DNA of 64,000 bases from Vampirovibrionaceae bacterium NZW_1234 (GCA_041697335.1 JBGUGD010000015.1:32001-96000); one strand, 5' to 3'. Counted from the stretch's first letter, positions 37,958 to 48,298 are shown. Made by a program: numbers and translations. Notes: generated by a model from the letters alone, not told the origin.

Positions 37958-38905
37958 TTATTTACGTTCGGTGGTTTTTGCCTCATCCTTGGGCTTACCC
38001 GCATCTTGAGTCTTGGCCTGATCCGCAGGCTTGTCGGCGGGCTTATCGGCTGGTTTGTCGGCGTTTTTTTCAGCAGGCTTGTCGGCTGCTTTTTCCGTGG
38101 TTTTCTCTGCCGGTTTATTGGTATCCTCCTGAGCTTTTGCCTGTTCCTTGGCCTTGTCGGCCTCCTCAGCTTTGGCTTCTTCCTTTTTAGCCTCTTCTTT
38201 CTTGGTGGCCTCGGCCTCATCGGCTGCTTTTTTCTCATCGGCCTTTTTATTATCCCCTTGCAGCTTGGACTGCACCATGGACATCAAAGATCCGAGAGAA
38301 TTGGGATCCAATCCCAAGCCACCCAGCAAGCCCGCCAAGGGGTTTTGCTGTCCCATCTGCTGCTGCATCGGCATTGGTGGCATCATCTGCTGCATCTGGG
38401 CACGCTGCTGTGCCATAGCACCAATTCGAAAGATGTCATTCTTGATTTCTTTTACAAAACCACCCACGCTTTTCTGACTGGCAAACGCCTGATCAATGGG
38501 ACTCATACCGGGTAGAATAATAGGGCTAATAATATTTTGAAGCGAGTCTGGGCTCAACGAACTGCCACCACTAAGGCCCATCCCGCCCATAGCACCTAGG
38601 GGATTAGCACCGCCCAGAGAAGCCAAGGGAGAAGGCACACCCATCATAGGATTGGCCGCACTCAGAGGAACAGCACCACCCAATGTACCGGCCAAGCTGC
38701 CACCGAAGGCATCCGTCAACGCACCAGTTCCGCCTTGCGCCTGCTGAGAGGTCAACAGCACGTTAAACAATGACATAATCAGCTTCGATTTGTCGGCAGA
38801 TTTGGATTTGGAAGAGTCAGAGGACTCAGCGGATTCAGAAGCCTTACTTGAGCTGCCACTTTGCAGGGCAGACATCATTGACATAATTGATCCAATACCA
38901 TCCAT
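37958..38905 (-). CDS. Gly/Met/Gln/Ser-rich orphan protein with charged ADKP-repeat tail
   Basis: GGAG RBS before ATG 38905 (ORF opens at 38926); no Cys. Confidence 0.75.
   Translation of the reverse strand: MDGIGSIMSMMSALQSGSSSKASESAESSDSSKSKSADKSKLIMSLFNVLLTSQQAQGGTGALTDAFGGSLAGTLGGAVPLSAANPMMGVPSPLASLGGANPLGAMGGMGLSGGSSLSPDSLQNIISPIILPGMSPIDQAFASQKSVGGFVKEIKNDIFRIGAMAQQRAQMQQMMPPMPMQQQMGQQNPLAGLLGGLGLDPNSLGSLMSMVQSKLQGDNKKADEKKAADEAEATKKEEAKKEEAKAEEADKAKEQAKAQEDTNKPAEKTTEKAADKPAEKNADKPADKPADKPADQAKTQDAGKPKDEAKTTERK
38021..38086 (-). repeat. 12-nt coding repeats (ADKP)
   Basis: GGCTTGTCGGC-type units encoding ADKPAEKNADKPADKPADKPAD. Confidence 0.7.
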
Positions 38906-38990
38906 CGGGGGACTCCTAACACTCAATCAATTCACTACGAGGAAAACATCATTTAAGAGAGACTGTTGAAAAGAGATAGCTTGTATAAAT

Positions 38991-39002
38991 ATAAAAACAA
39001 TC
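38991..39002 (-). promoter_or_regulatory. Shared upstream 12-mer GATTGTTTTTAT, copy 3
   Basis: About 86 nt upstream of ATG 38905. Confidence 0.5.
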
Positions 39003-39139
39003 TTAAGACTCTCGATGATAATCTGTTAAAAAATCGTAACGAAGCCTTCCTAATTCAAGAGAGTCAAAGGGGATTCCTTTCGGATATATTGGGGTAAAAG
39101 GCGGTTCCCGGATTTGCCAAGCACCCCTATAATAGGACC

Positions 39140-40294
39140 ATGGTGTTTAAGTTCATTAAAGATAAATTACCTGGAAGTGGTGGACGCAGCCTGCATGTGT
39201 CCCGCTTTTTTAATGTCTCGCTGGATGATTATCAGGCCACCGGGGAGCGTGATGCCATTTTGGCTTCGAGCGGGATGGGGAAATCCTACTTGACGGGCGT
39301 TATTGCCGAAGAAACCCTGGAAAATGGCGGACTCCTGTGTGTTATTGACCCTGAAGGCGAGTATTTCACTCTGGCCGAGCGATACCCCATGCTCATTATT
39401 GGCGGAGAGAACGCGATGTTGCCTCTGACAGAAGAGGCCATTGATTTATACATCCAAGCCATGCTGGAAACCAACCTGTCACTGGTCTTCGATTTATCGG
39501 AATACCTGGACCATGAACAACAGGATCTATACGCCCAGATTGCCGAGAGCCTGTTTCACCAGGAAACAACCTTTCGCAAGAAGGTCCGTATCATCGTGGA
39601 AGAAGCCCAGATCTACGCCCCACAGCGCTTAGCCAGTGCTGGCGGCGGCACAAAAAAGAAGAAATGGGACCCGGTGAACTCCAGTCAAAAGATTGCCAAG
39701 CGGGGTCGAAAACGAGCCATTGATTCTTTATGGGCCACCCAGCGCCCTGCCAGTTTAAGCAAGGATATTCTAAGCCAATGTAACCGTTTCTGGTTTGGCG
39801 GGATTACAGCCGAACAGGACTATAAAGCCATTAAGCCGTTCCTGACCGAAGCCGGTATCTCGTTTAACAACGTCAAAGAACTTCAGCCCGGGGAGTTTTA
39901 CTTCTACAGCAAGGGCATGACCAAGCTAATCAAGGTCCGAAAGCGCCATTGCAAACATGCCGGAGCCACCCCGGAAGCCCAGCAAACCTTCCAGGCGGTG
40001 ACCGATGTCGGACTCCAGCGTGCCGTAGAAGCTCTCGCCGAGCAGATTGCCGTTCGCGAAGAAGAAAAGCGCCAGGAGCAATCTGAAATCAACAAGCTCA
40101 AAATGAAAATCAAAGACCTGGAAGACGAAAACGCCCGCTTAAAAGACGAACTTGGACAAGAACGTCTGGCCACAAAGGTCATTAAACGCATCGAAATTCA
40201 AACCGACGAGCTCCCTCCACCCAAAGCCCCTGTGCGCCGCCGCCGGTCTCTGGCCTCGGCAACCAGTGCCGCCTCGGACTTGAATGACGAATAA
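39140..40294 (+). CDS. HerA/FtsK-superfamily ATPase (DUF87-like) with C-terminal coiled coil
   Basis: ASSGMGKS, IDPEGEY, VEEAQ, KRGRK, ATQRPA, SQCN. Confidence 0.85.
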   Translation: MVFKFIKDKLPGSGGRSLHVSRFFNVSLDDYQATGERDAILASSGMGKSYLTGVIAEETLENGGLLCVIDPEGEYFTLAERYPMLIIGGENAMLPLTEEAIDLYIQAMLETNLSLVFDLSEYLDHEQQDLYAQIAESLFHQETTFRKKVRIIVEEAQIYAPQRLASAGGGTKKKKWDPVNSSQKIAKRGRKRAIDSLWATQRPASLSKDILSQCNRFWFGGITAEQDYKAIKPFLTEAGISFNNVKELQPGEFYFYSKGMTKLIKVRKRHCKHAGATPEAQQTFQAVTDVGLQRAVEALAEQIAVREEEKRQEQSEINKLKMKIKDLEDENARLKDELGQERLATKVIKRIEIQTDELPPPKAPVRRRRSLASATSAASDLNDE

Positions 40295-40330
40295 CCTTTA
40301 AACCAACTTCAGGGCATATTTGAGACTATC

Positions 40331-40681
40331 ATGGCATTCTGGCTAATCAAACTGGTTCTTTCAGCCTTAGTTATAGTTGTAATATCTGAAGTTGCCAAGC
40401 GCTCCGGCTGGCTTGGCGGTCTCATCGGCTCTCTTCCGATTGTGTCTATCCTGACGATTATTTGGGTTTATCTTGAGCAGCAACGTACGGACATTATCAT
40501 GGATTTGTCCATAAGCATCCTGTACTTTATTTTGCCCTCACTGGTATTGTTTTTGAGTTTGCCGATTTTACTGAAACGGGGAGCGCCCTTTTGGGGAGCC
40601 CTTTCTGTTGCCTTGACCTTAACCCTAGTCGCATATGGCCTGTTTTTTGGGGTACTACAACGACTTGGCATCAAGCTTTAA
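40331..40681 (+). CDS. DUF3147-like small membrane protein
   Basis: ISEVAKRS..LGGLI.SLP.VS; four hydrophobic segments. Confidence 0.75.
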   Translation: MAFWLIKLVLSALVIVVISEVAKRSGWLGGLIGSLPIVSILTIIWVYLEQQRTDIIMDLSISILYFILPSLVLFLSLPILLKRGAPFWGALSVALTLTLVAYGLFFGVLQRLGIKL

Positions 40682-40765
40682 ACTTCAGAGTATTATCGAG
40701 TTCCACCTGTTGGATGCATCTCTAAGACCAAGCAGAAGGAGAAAACTACCTCGACAAGGCATCCT

Positions 40766-41425
40766 CTAGGCTATCTGCTGGCGCTGAAGCGTTTCCACAT
40801 ATTGAGCATAGCGAAGAAACTCATACTGTTTTTCAAGCCACAGATGGTAGTACTCAGACTCTCGACCAAACAATACCTTCGCGGCATCGGCTTTGTAGAG
40901 CGCATCGGTGACGACCAGATTGAAAAAGTGCTTTAAACCGCCTCCCATCTTCAGCACTTGCAAGGCATGCCACAGATCCGGTTGGCCAAACCTGACCAGA
41001 TACAAGATCAGCAATGTCTGAAGCTCCCGCCTAAGGCTGATGCGATCCTCCAGCGTGGTCACCGTACTCGAGAATGGCAATGTCTGCTTCCACATGGTTT
41101 CAGTCAAAGACTCAATGATCTCATCAAACTCGGGGTACTGTGGCAGCTCTTGAAATCCATGGCTGAATTGCCAACTCTGAGCATCGAGATAGGGCTTGTT
41201 AAAGACCAATTGCCGACGACTTACCGGAACTTCAAATTCGTGCTCCAGCATCAATAGGATTGCCTCGTCGGGTAGCGCAAACTCCAGGGTGTTTCTAGAG
41301 CGCTCCGGCAGGCATTGTTTAAACCGGCTCAGACATTCCCAAGGGGACAGCTCTAAAAATGCCTGAGGTGACAAGGCTTCATAGGGCTCTACCAGGATTG
41401 AAAATTTGACGGGCAAATTAAACAT
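40766..41425 (-). CDS. Hypothetical protein
   Basis: 219-aa ORF filling the gap. Confidence 0.65.
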   Translation of the reverse strand: MFNLPVKFSILVEPYEALSPQAFLELSPWECLSRFKQCLPERSRNTLEFALPDEAILLMLEHEFEVPVSRRQLVFNKPYLDAQSWQFSHGFQELPQYPEFDEIIESLTETMWKQTLPFSSTVTTLEDRISLRRELQTLLILYLVRFGQPDLWHALQVLKMGGGLKHFFNLVVTDALYKADAAKVLFGRESEYYHLWLEKQYEFLRYAQYVETLQRQQIA

Positions 41426-41558
41426 GGCAGCAACAAGATCCTTGGGTTTGGGTCGTCACTATCTATTGTACAGTATTAAATCCCCTCGCTGACTTTCGCA
41501 ATTTTTGAAACAGATACAAAACACGCTCCCCAGGTCAGCAAGTTCGAGAACCAAAACC

Positions 41559-41588
41559 AAAAACAGGAATCCATGATGGATTCCTGTT
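41559..41588 (-). terminator. tRNA terminator
   Basis: AACAGGAATCCA-TGA-TGGATTCCTGTT with U-tract on the minus strand. Confidence 0.8.
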
Positions 41589-41603
41589 ACCAGTCTTTTG
41601 AAA

Positions 41604-41680
<77 letters not shown>

Positions 41681-41703
41681 TCGCTGAGATGAAGGTCTCT
41701 ATT

Positions 41704-41732
41704 AGAATGCCCTAAAGAAAGGTTAAATGCAA
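41704..41732 (-). promoter_or_regulatory. Promoter of tRNA-fMet
   Basis: TTGCAT-17 nt-CATTCT. Confidence 0.55.
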
Positions 41733-42233
41733 CCCCATCGATCCCATTTCAGTCCATTCGTCAAAAAACGACGATGGTCATAGCCAAAGGATTGGCAAAA
41801 CCTGGGTTCTACGCACCGACCATCCTCATACCCCCTAGGAAAAAGGGTCTCGCCATTTGCCTGGACAAAAAAGAAAACGTGCCTTTATGAGAGAAAAGGC
41901 ACGAAAGGTGTGAATGTTTAGAGAGAGAGGAGGGTGAGAGAATATCCCTCTGATAACATGAATGTCGGCTGAACCCAGCGCTTCTATATACCATATTTAG
42001 AGGAGATTTCCGAAAGCAGTCTCCTCTTATCAAAGGAGCAAAAATACTGATAACAGGCTTTTGTTCATTTTTTAAAAATAAACAACTTGTATTACAGTTC
42101 TTTAGGGTTGATTTAAAAGCAACACAAAATCTTAAGAAAATGTTTTTAATCTAATACAAGGTGATTCGAGTAAAGCGATTCGAGAATATTAACGGGGGGC
42201 TTAAGATTGAGTCAACAGAGGGACTGTTCCTCC

Positions 42234-42458
42234 ATGGGAACACAGGATTTGCCTGAAGGATATTCTAAATTTGACAAGCGGTATCAAGATTCCAAAGATT
42301 TTTTGATGCAGCAACTGCGCCATTCTGCTTCCGTGCAAGACTTTCGTACGGTAAAGCAAGCGATTATGCGCTCGATGCAATTTAGCGTCGGTGCTCGCAC
42401 GTTTCAATTTGCCAAAGTTCCCGTTTCTGCGGAACAACAACCTAAGCGCAAACGCTAG
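42234..42458 (+). CDS. Small basic hypothetical protein
   Basis: ORF (opens at 42207) after an AT-rich region; GAGGG before ATG 42234. Confidence 0.5.
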   Translation: MGTQDLPEGYSKFDKRYQDSKDFLMQQLRHSASVQDFRTVKQAIMRSMQFSVGARTFQFAKVPVSAEQQPKRKR

Positions 42459-42588
42459 CCCACGCTTTTACAAAATTACGGTAAAGCATCTATTTGCTTG
42501 ACCTTAGACGTAAAGATAAGGAGAGAGACTACTCAGTCCTATTGTTTGAGAAGCCCAGCGGATGATGTTCTGCTCATCATCCAAACAA

Positions 42589-45060
42589 TTAACGAAATGA
42601 GACCGGCAGTTGACTCGACAACTGCCGTTTTATTTTTTCCATGGCTGCATCTATCTCTTTATCGGTCAGCGTTGCTGTCTCGGACTGCAGGGTCAGACGA
42701 TAGGCCAAACTACGCGTCCCGGCCTCCAATTGTTGGCCCCGGTACTGATCAAACAGCTCAATATGCCGCAATAAGGGCTCATTGGCCTGATTAACCGCAG
42801 AAACCACCTGTTGATGGGTGACCTGATCCGGTGCCGAAAACGCAATGTCACGCTGCACGGAAGGATAGGCTGTAAGGGACTCCACGGCCAGGGTCTCCGT
42901 TTTCTTTTGGAGCACCTGCCAAAGGACCTCGACATTGAGCTCAAACACGTACACCGGGGCCTTAAACTTCAGGGTCTCCTGCAAGGCCGGATGCAATTGA
43001 CCCACTATACCCAAGGGCTGCTTGCCCAGTTTCAAGGCCGCTGAACGCCCAGGATGCATAGAAGACATCGATGTTTCAGCCACCCAACGCGTGGACTGCC
43101 CTGGCAAAAGAGTCTCTAAGAGGTTTTCCACAATCCCTTTAACCGTAAAGTAATCGGTTTCAGGCGCTTTGTGCCAAACGCCCCGGGCCGGATGCCCGGT
43201 CAATAGTCCGCCCAAATAAAGCGATTCCTCCACGCCGGAATCTTTTTCATTCGCAGAGCGACGTTTCACATATGTCCGGCCGAGTTCAAAGATCCAACAA
43301 TTCTCGTTCCCCTGAGACTGATTGTACTTAGCAATCTCCAACAAGTTGGGGATCAAGCTCTGACGCAAGAACGTATGATCAATCGACTGGGAATTATTCA
43401 CGCGCACGGTGGAATCAGGGTCTTGGCTAAAACCGGTCCGCTGCAATAGGGCGTCCCCAATCAAGGAGTGGGTTGCCACTTCAGACAGCCCCGTAGCAGC
43501 CATCAAGCGTTGGATCTGGCGAAGCAGAAAATCCCTGCGATTTAAGGCGGGTGCAGCCGTTTCCTGAGGCAAGGTATAGGGAATACGGTCATACCCAAAA
43601 ATTCGAATTACTTCCTCAATCAGATCAATCTCCCGATAAACATCCTGGCCACGAAACGAGGGAATGGTCACCCTCCATTGACGATTATCCCCGGCGGACG
43701 AACTCTGAGGTTCCAGTTGGAAACCCAGCGGGGTCAAGATGGCTTCAACATCACTTTCGGCAATGGTCATACCGAGGATGCGTTGAATGCGATCCGACGA
43801 CAGAGGGACCTGCTGGGTCTGGAGTTGCCGATGATCATCCTGAGCAATGGATACCAGGGAAGCCTCGGTCAACTCTTGCAATAATGCAATCGCCCGATAA
43901 AACGCCAGATGGGTTGAGGCTGGATCCACGCCACGCTCGAAACGAGCAGAGGACTCAGACCGCAAGCCAACACTTCTGGCACTTCGACGGTTACTGGCAG
44001 ACGGGAAAAAAGCAGCTTCCAGAAACACACTTTTCGTGGTGTCAGAAATCTCCGTGTCCTGTCCACCCATCACCCCAGCCAACGCTACAGGGCGATCGTT
44101 ATGTGTCACGACCACACTCTGTTCAGTTAGCGTGCGAGCCTGATCATCCAACGTCGTAAAGACTTCACCCGGCTTGGCCACCCGAACCCCGATGGTCCCT
44201 TCAGGGAGCTTCTGGGCATCAAAGGCATGAAGCGGCTGACCGTATTCGAGCATCACATAATTGGTGATATCCACCACTACGTTAATGGAGCGAATACCGG
44301 CACTCAAAAGGCGTTGTTTCATCCAATCCGGTGATTCGCCATTTTGAACTTCGACCAGATAGGCTCCCGCATAGTATTGGCAGACACTCGTGTCCGTTAA
44401 TTTAACCTGATAGTTGCTGGTTCCCGCAGGAGAAGGCGCTTGAGCAGAGGGCAACTTGAGGGGCCGTTTGAACAACGCGGCAACCTCTCGGGCAACCCCA
44501 ATAACAGACATCAGGTCACCACGATTGGCTGTGGGGGCAACCTCTAATACCGTATCAGGCTTCAGGCTCAAGACGGTTTTCAAATCCTGGCCTAAATCGG
44601 CATCGGTCACCAAGTCCGTTAAAGGCCAAATCCCATCGCCTTCTGCAGTGTACTGGTCTTGAAGGCCGAGTTCCTCCAGGGAGCAAATCATCCCTGTCGA
44701 TTCAACCCCGCGAATGGTGGCAGGCTTCAGCTCGAACATGCCACCTTCTTTTCGATTGATGACTTTGGCACCAATTTGAGCGTAGGCAATACACATCCCC
44801 TGAGCCACGTTAGGGGCACCACAAACTACCCGGTTCTGCCCTGCCGGCCCCAGGTTCACCGTGACTAGGCGTAATCGGTCGGCATTAGGGTGTTGCTCCA
44901 CCACATCCACCCGACCAACCACTACACCGGAGAACTGGCCCCCAACGGTTTCAATAGATTCCACTTCCAGCCCTGCATTAGTCAGAGCCTCGGCAATTAT
45001 TTCCGGGGTCAGGCCGCTAATATCTACATATTCATTTAACCAATCCAGAGAAACCCGCAT
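42589..45060 (-). CDS. pheT: Phenylalanine-tRNA ligase beta subunit
   Basis: HPNADRL, VCGAPN, NRGDLMS, RFERG, EIDLIEEV, FDX-ACB C-terminus. Confidence 0.97.
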   Translation of the reverse strand: MRVSLDWLNEYVDISGLTPEIIAEALTNAGLEVESIETVGGQFSGVVVGRVDVVEQHPNADRLRLVTVNLGPAGQNRVVCGAPNVAQGMCIAYAQIGAKVINRKEGGMFELKPATIRGVESTGMICSLEELGLQDQYTAEGDGIWPLTDLVTDADLGQDLKTVLSLKPDTVLEVAPTANRGDLMSVIGVAREVAALFKRPLKLPSAQAPSPAGTSNYQVKLTDTSVCQYYAGAYLVEVQNGESPDWMKQRLLSAGIRSINVVVDITNYVMLEYGQPLHAFDAQKLPEGTIGVRVAKPGEVFTTLDDQARTLTEQSVVVTHNDRPVALAGVMGGQDTEISDTTKSVFLEAAFFPSASNRRSARSVGLRSESSARFERGVDPASTHLAFYRAIALLQELTEASLVSIAQDDHRQLQTQQVPLSSDRIQRILGMTIAESDVEAILTPLGFQLEPQSSSAGDNRQWRVTIPSFRGQDVYREIDLIEEVIRIFGYDRIPYTLPQETAAPALNRRDFLLRQIQRLMAATGLSEVATHSLIGDALLQRTGFSQDPDSTVRVNNSQSIDHTFLRQSLIPNLLEIAKYNQSQGNENCWIFELGRTYVKRRSANEKDSGVEESLYLGGLLTGHPARGVWHKAPETDYFTVKGIVENLLETLLPGQSTRWVAETSMSSMHPGRSAALKLGKQPLGIVGQLHPALQETLKFKAPVYVFELNVEVLWQVLQKKTETLAVESLTAYPSVQRDIAFSAPDQVTHQQVVSAVNQANEPLLRHIELFDQYRGQQLEAGTRSLAYRLTLQSETATLTDKEIDAAMEKIKRQLSSQLPVSFR

Positions 45061-45065
45061 GGCAC

Positions 45066-46127
45066 CTAACCTCGAAACTGATTCAGAAACCGTAAATCAT
45101 TGTTGTAGAACATCCGCAAATCCCGGATAGAGTATTGAAGCATGGCCAAACGCTCCACTCCCATGCCAAAGGCAAAACCATTGTATTTCTCCGGATCAAT
45201 GCCCACGCCTTTTAGGACGTTCGGATCGACCATACCGGCGCCCAGGATTTCCAGCCAGCCATGATGACCGCAAGTCCGGCAACCATTGCCGTTACACAGA
45301 ATGCATTGGACATCCACCTCGGCACTGGGTTCCGTGAAGGGGAAAAAGCTGTTACGAAATCGGGTCGGACGTTCCTGACCAAAAAAGAGCTTTACAAACT
45401 GGTGCAAAATCCCTTTCAGATCAGAGAACGTAGTCTTTTCGTCCACCAGCAGGCCTTCAATTTGGTGGAACATGACCCCCTTACGACTGCTCACCTCTTC
45501 GTTGCGGTAGACCCGCCCAGGAGACACCACGCGAAACGGGGGCTTCTGGCGCTCCATGTAGCGAATCTGGGCATTGGAGGTCTGGCTTCTCAGCAGAACG
45601 TTCGAGGCCACATCCGTGTAAAAGGTATCCTGCATGTCCCGAGCAGGGTGGTCGGCAGGGAAGTTCAAGGCTTCAAAGTTGTAGTAATCCGTTTCCACTT
45701 CGGGGCACGTGTTATCCTCAATCAGCTCAAAGCCCATGCCGCGGAATATATCCACCACGGATTGCGTCACCAGGGTTAAGGGATGAATCGTACCGGTGGG
45801 TAGATAGACACCCGGCATGGTCACATCCAATGCTTCTTCCGCCAATTGAACCGCCAGTGCCTCTTGCTTGAGGGCGGTTAAACGTTCATCCAGCAGAGAT
45901 TCGATAGTCTGACTAATTTCATTCGCCAGCGACCCAATTTCGACACGTTCCGCATCCGGAACATCTTTTAAACCACGCTTAATGGTGGACAGCGGCCCTT
46001 TACGCCCTAAAAAATGGACCCGATACTCTTCAATCTCCTTCAGAGACGTAGCCTTGCTTAAAGCCGCCTGGGCTTCTGCTTGCAGGCTCTGGAGCTGTTC
46101 TTTCAAATCGTGACTGACTGGACTCAT
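45066..46127 (-). CDS. pheS: Phenylalanine-tRNA ligase alpha subunit
   Basis: HPARDMQDTF, FHQIEGL, FPFTEPS, GFAFGMGVERL. Confidence 0.98.
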   Translation of the reverse strand: MSPVSHDLKEQLQSLQAEAQAALSKATSLKEIEEYRVHFLGRKGPLSTIKRGLKDVPDAERVEIGSLANEISQTIESLLDERLTALKQEALAVQLAEEALDVTMPGVYLPTGTIHPLTLVTQSVVDIFRGMGFELIEDNTCPEVETDYYNFEALNFPADHPARDMQDTFYTDVASNVLLRSQTSNAQIRYMERQKPPFRVVSPGRVYRNEEVSSRKGVMFHQIEGLLVDEKTTFSDLKGILHQFVKLFFGQERPTRFRNSFFPFTEPSAEVDVQCILCNGNGCRTCGHHGWLEILGAGMVDPNVLKGVGIDPEKYNGFAFGMGVERLAMLQYSIRDLRMFYNNDLRFLNQFRG

Positions 46128-46139
46128 GGCAGACCTACT

Positions 46140-47273
46140 CTATACTAAATGCTTGGCAATCACAAGCCGCTGGATTTGGCTCGTGCCTTCAACAATTTCT
46201 GTGGATTTGGCATCCCGGAAATAGCGCTCGACAGGAAAGTCTTTGGTGTACCCATAACCCCCATGGATCTGGACCGCCTGATCGGCAGCCCGCATGGCCG
46301 CCTCGGAGGCATACAGCTTTGCCATTGACGCTTCCTTGGAAAAAGGTTTTCCAGCATCCTTCAAGCGCGCCGCGTGATACACCAAATGCCGAGCCGCCTG
46401 TATCTCTGTTGCCATATCCGCCAATTTAAACTGGATGGCTTGAAAGTCCGCAATGGGTTTTCCGAATTGCTTACGCTCCTTGGCATACTTAAGGGAATCC
46501 TGAAGACAGGCTTCCGCAATCCCCAAGGCCATGGCCCCAATACTGATCCGGCCAGCATCGAGACTGCTCATAAAGATCTTAAACCCTTGTTCGGGCTCTC
46601 CCAACAGATTCTCGCGAGGCACCTTGGCATCTTCCAGGACCAGCGTACCCCAATCCGATCCCTGAATACCGAGTTTCTCATCAGCAGGCTCGACTTTAAA
46701 ACCTGGGGTCTCTTTTTCCACAATAAAGGCCGACAAACCTTTGCCATCCGATATGTCTTTGTTGGTTCGGGCCGTCAAGACAAACACCGAGGCTAAATGG
46801 GCATTGGTAATAAACATCTTTGTGCCGTTTAAGAGATAGTGGCCATTCTGTGTTACAGCCTTGGTCAGGCCGCTCCCGGCATCCGATCCGGCATTGGCTT
46901 CTGTCAGTCCAAAGGCCGCCATTTTTACGCCCGTCACCAAATCCGGCAGATAGGCTTGCTTTTGGTCTTCAGAGCCATAATTGTAGATAGGTAAAATGCC
47001 GACCGTGGTATGCACGCTTAGCGTAACAGCAACAGAAGCAGAGGCTTTGGCCAACTCTTCAATGGCCAGCAAATAGGTTACCGAATCTGTTCCCATCCCG
47101 CCATACTCCTCGGGAAACTGGAGCCCCGTGAATCCCAACTCCGCCATCCGTTTCCAAATGGCCCAAAGCGCCTCTTTGCTTTTTTCAATTTCACGCGCCC
47201 GAGGACGAACTTCCGATGACGCAAAGTCTCGAACCAAGTGCTGAATGCTTTTTTGTTCGTCGGTCAAAAACAT
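46140..47273 (-). CDS. Acyl-CoA dehydrogenase
   Basis: FGLTE.NAGSD, GTKMFITN, ERKQFGK, QIHGGYGY, EGTSQIQ. Confidence 0.95.
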   Translation of the reverse strand: MFLTDEQKSIQHLVRDFASSEVRPRAREIEKSKEALWAIWKRMAELGFTGLQFPEEYGGMGTDSVTYLLAIEELAKASASVAVTLSVHTTVGILPIYNYGSEDQKQAYLPDLVTGVKMAAFGLTEANAGSDAGSGLTKAVTQNGHYLLNGTKMFITNAHLASVFVLTARTNKDISDGKGLSAFIVEKETPGFKVEPADEKLGIQGSDWGTLVLEDAKVPRENLLGEPEQGFKIFMSSLDAGRISIGAMALGIAEACLQDSLKYAKERKQFGKPIADFQAIQFKLADMATEIQAARHLVYHAARLKDAGKPFSKEASMAKLYASEAAMRAADQAVQIHGGYGYTKDFPVERYFRDAKSTEIVEGTSQIQRLVIAKHLV

Positions 47274-47357
47274 TGGCTTGACGCGCCCTATATCCACTCT
47301 TCTATAATGACTGCCAATAGAATGCGTAATTTTAGCCTGAAAGACTGGTCATTATCA

Positions 47358-47873
47358 ATGCGTGATCTCATTGCCCTGTCCGGGAAGCAGTATGCCGGAA
47401 AAGACCTCCTCGCAGACCTTTTGCTGAAAGAGTTGCCCGAATTTCGAAAGTCCCCGCTGGCTGGAGCCATTAAATCCGAATTTGCCTACCTGTATCATTT
47501 AACACCCCAGGATGTGGAAGCCGAGAAATCCAAGTATCGCACCGGGCTAATTGCCTTAGGCCAGCGCCGCCGCCAACAGGAACCGGACTATTGGATTCGA
47601 CGCGTAATGATGCATACCGGCCCGAAAATCATTTCGGATATTCGGCTTCAACGGGAATATGATTTCTTTAAGACCCGGCGTGCTCTTATGATCCGGGTTG
47701 AGGCTGATCGGGATGTTCGTGCCAGCCGAGGAACCTTGACCGCAGAGAACGACCCAACAGAATGCGAACTGGATACCGTTTCGGGCTGGGATCTGGTCAT
47801 TGTGAATAATGGCTCCCTTGAGGATCTGGCTGCTGCGGTCCCAAATATCGTTACGCTTGTTACGAAAGGTTAG
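47358..47873 (+). CDS. NMP-kinase-fold P-loop kinase, animal phosphomevalonate-kinase-like
   Basis: LSGKQYAGKD, ISDIR, IRVEA...R..RG, TECELD...WDLVIVN. Confidence 0.7.
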   Translation: MRDLIALSGKQYAGKDLLADLLLKELPEFRKSPLAGAIKSEFAYLYHLTPQDVEAEKSKYRTGLIALGQRRRQQEPDYWIRRVMMHTGPKIISDIRLQREYDFFKTRRALMIRVEADRDVRASRGTLTAENDPTECELDTVSGWDLVIVNNGSLEDLAAAVPNIVTLVTKG

Positions 47874-47876
47874 CCT

Positions 47877-48266
47877 ATGTTCGTTAAACCATTGTTCGCG
47901 TTTTTGCTTGCTGGCCTCACCTTGGTGGGGTGTTCAGCCACGCAGCATTCCCCGGCAGACAAATTAGTGACACCCAAAGAGACAAGCACTGCCTCAACGG
48001 ATCCACTTGTGCGAGGCGCATCATTGTATGCCGAAAACTGTGCGGGCTGCCACGGCGCCAAAGGCGAGGGGGGCAGCCCAATGCTGCAAGGCAAGCCCAT
48101 CCATTTCAATGAGCCTGACTACCTCAAGGATATGACTGATACGGAAATTCAGCAAACCATTCTCAATGGTCGCGGCAATATGCCGGCCTTTGCCACCACA
48201 CTCACCCAGGAAGATGTGGTCGCATTAACACAGTATCTTCGTAACCTCCCAAAATCAGGCCAATAA
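47877..48266 (+). CDS. Monoheme cytochrome c lipoprotein
   Basis: Lipobox LVGC, CAGCH heme motif, distal MPAF. Confidence 0.92.
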   Translation: MFVKPLFAFLLAGLTLVGCSATQHSPADKLVTPKETSTASTDPLVRGASLYAENCAGCHGAKGEGGSPMLQGKPIHFNEPDYLKDMTDTEIQQTILNGRGNMPAFATTLTQEDVVALTQYLRNLPKSGQ

Positions 48267-48271
48267 AACCT

Positions 48272-48298
48272 AAAAAAAGCCACCCCTTTCGAGGTGGC
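48272..48298 (-). terminator. Intrinsic terminator
   Basis: GCCACC...GGTGGC stem with U-tract on the minus strand. Confidence 0.65.
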
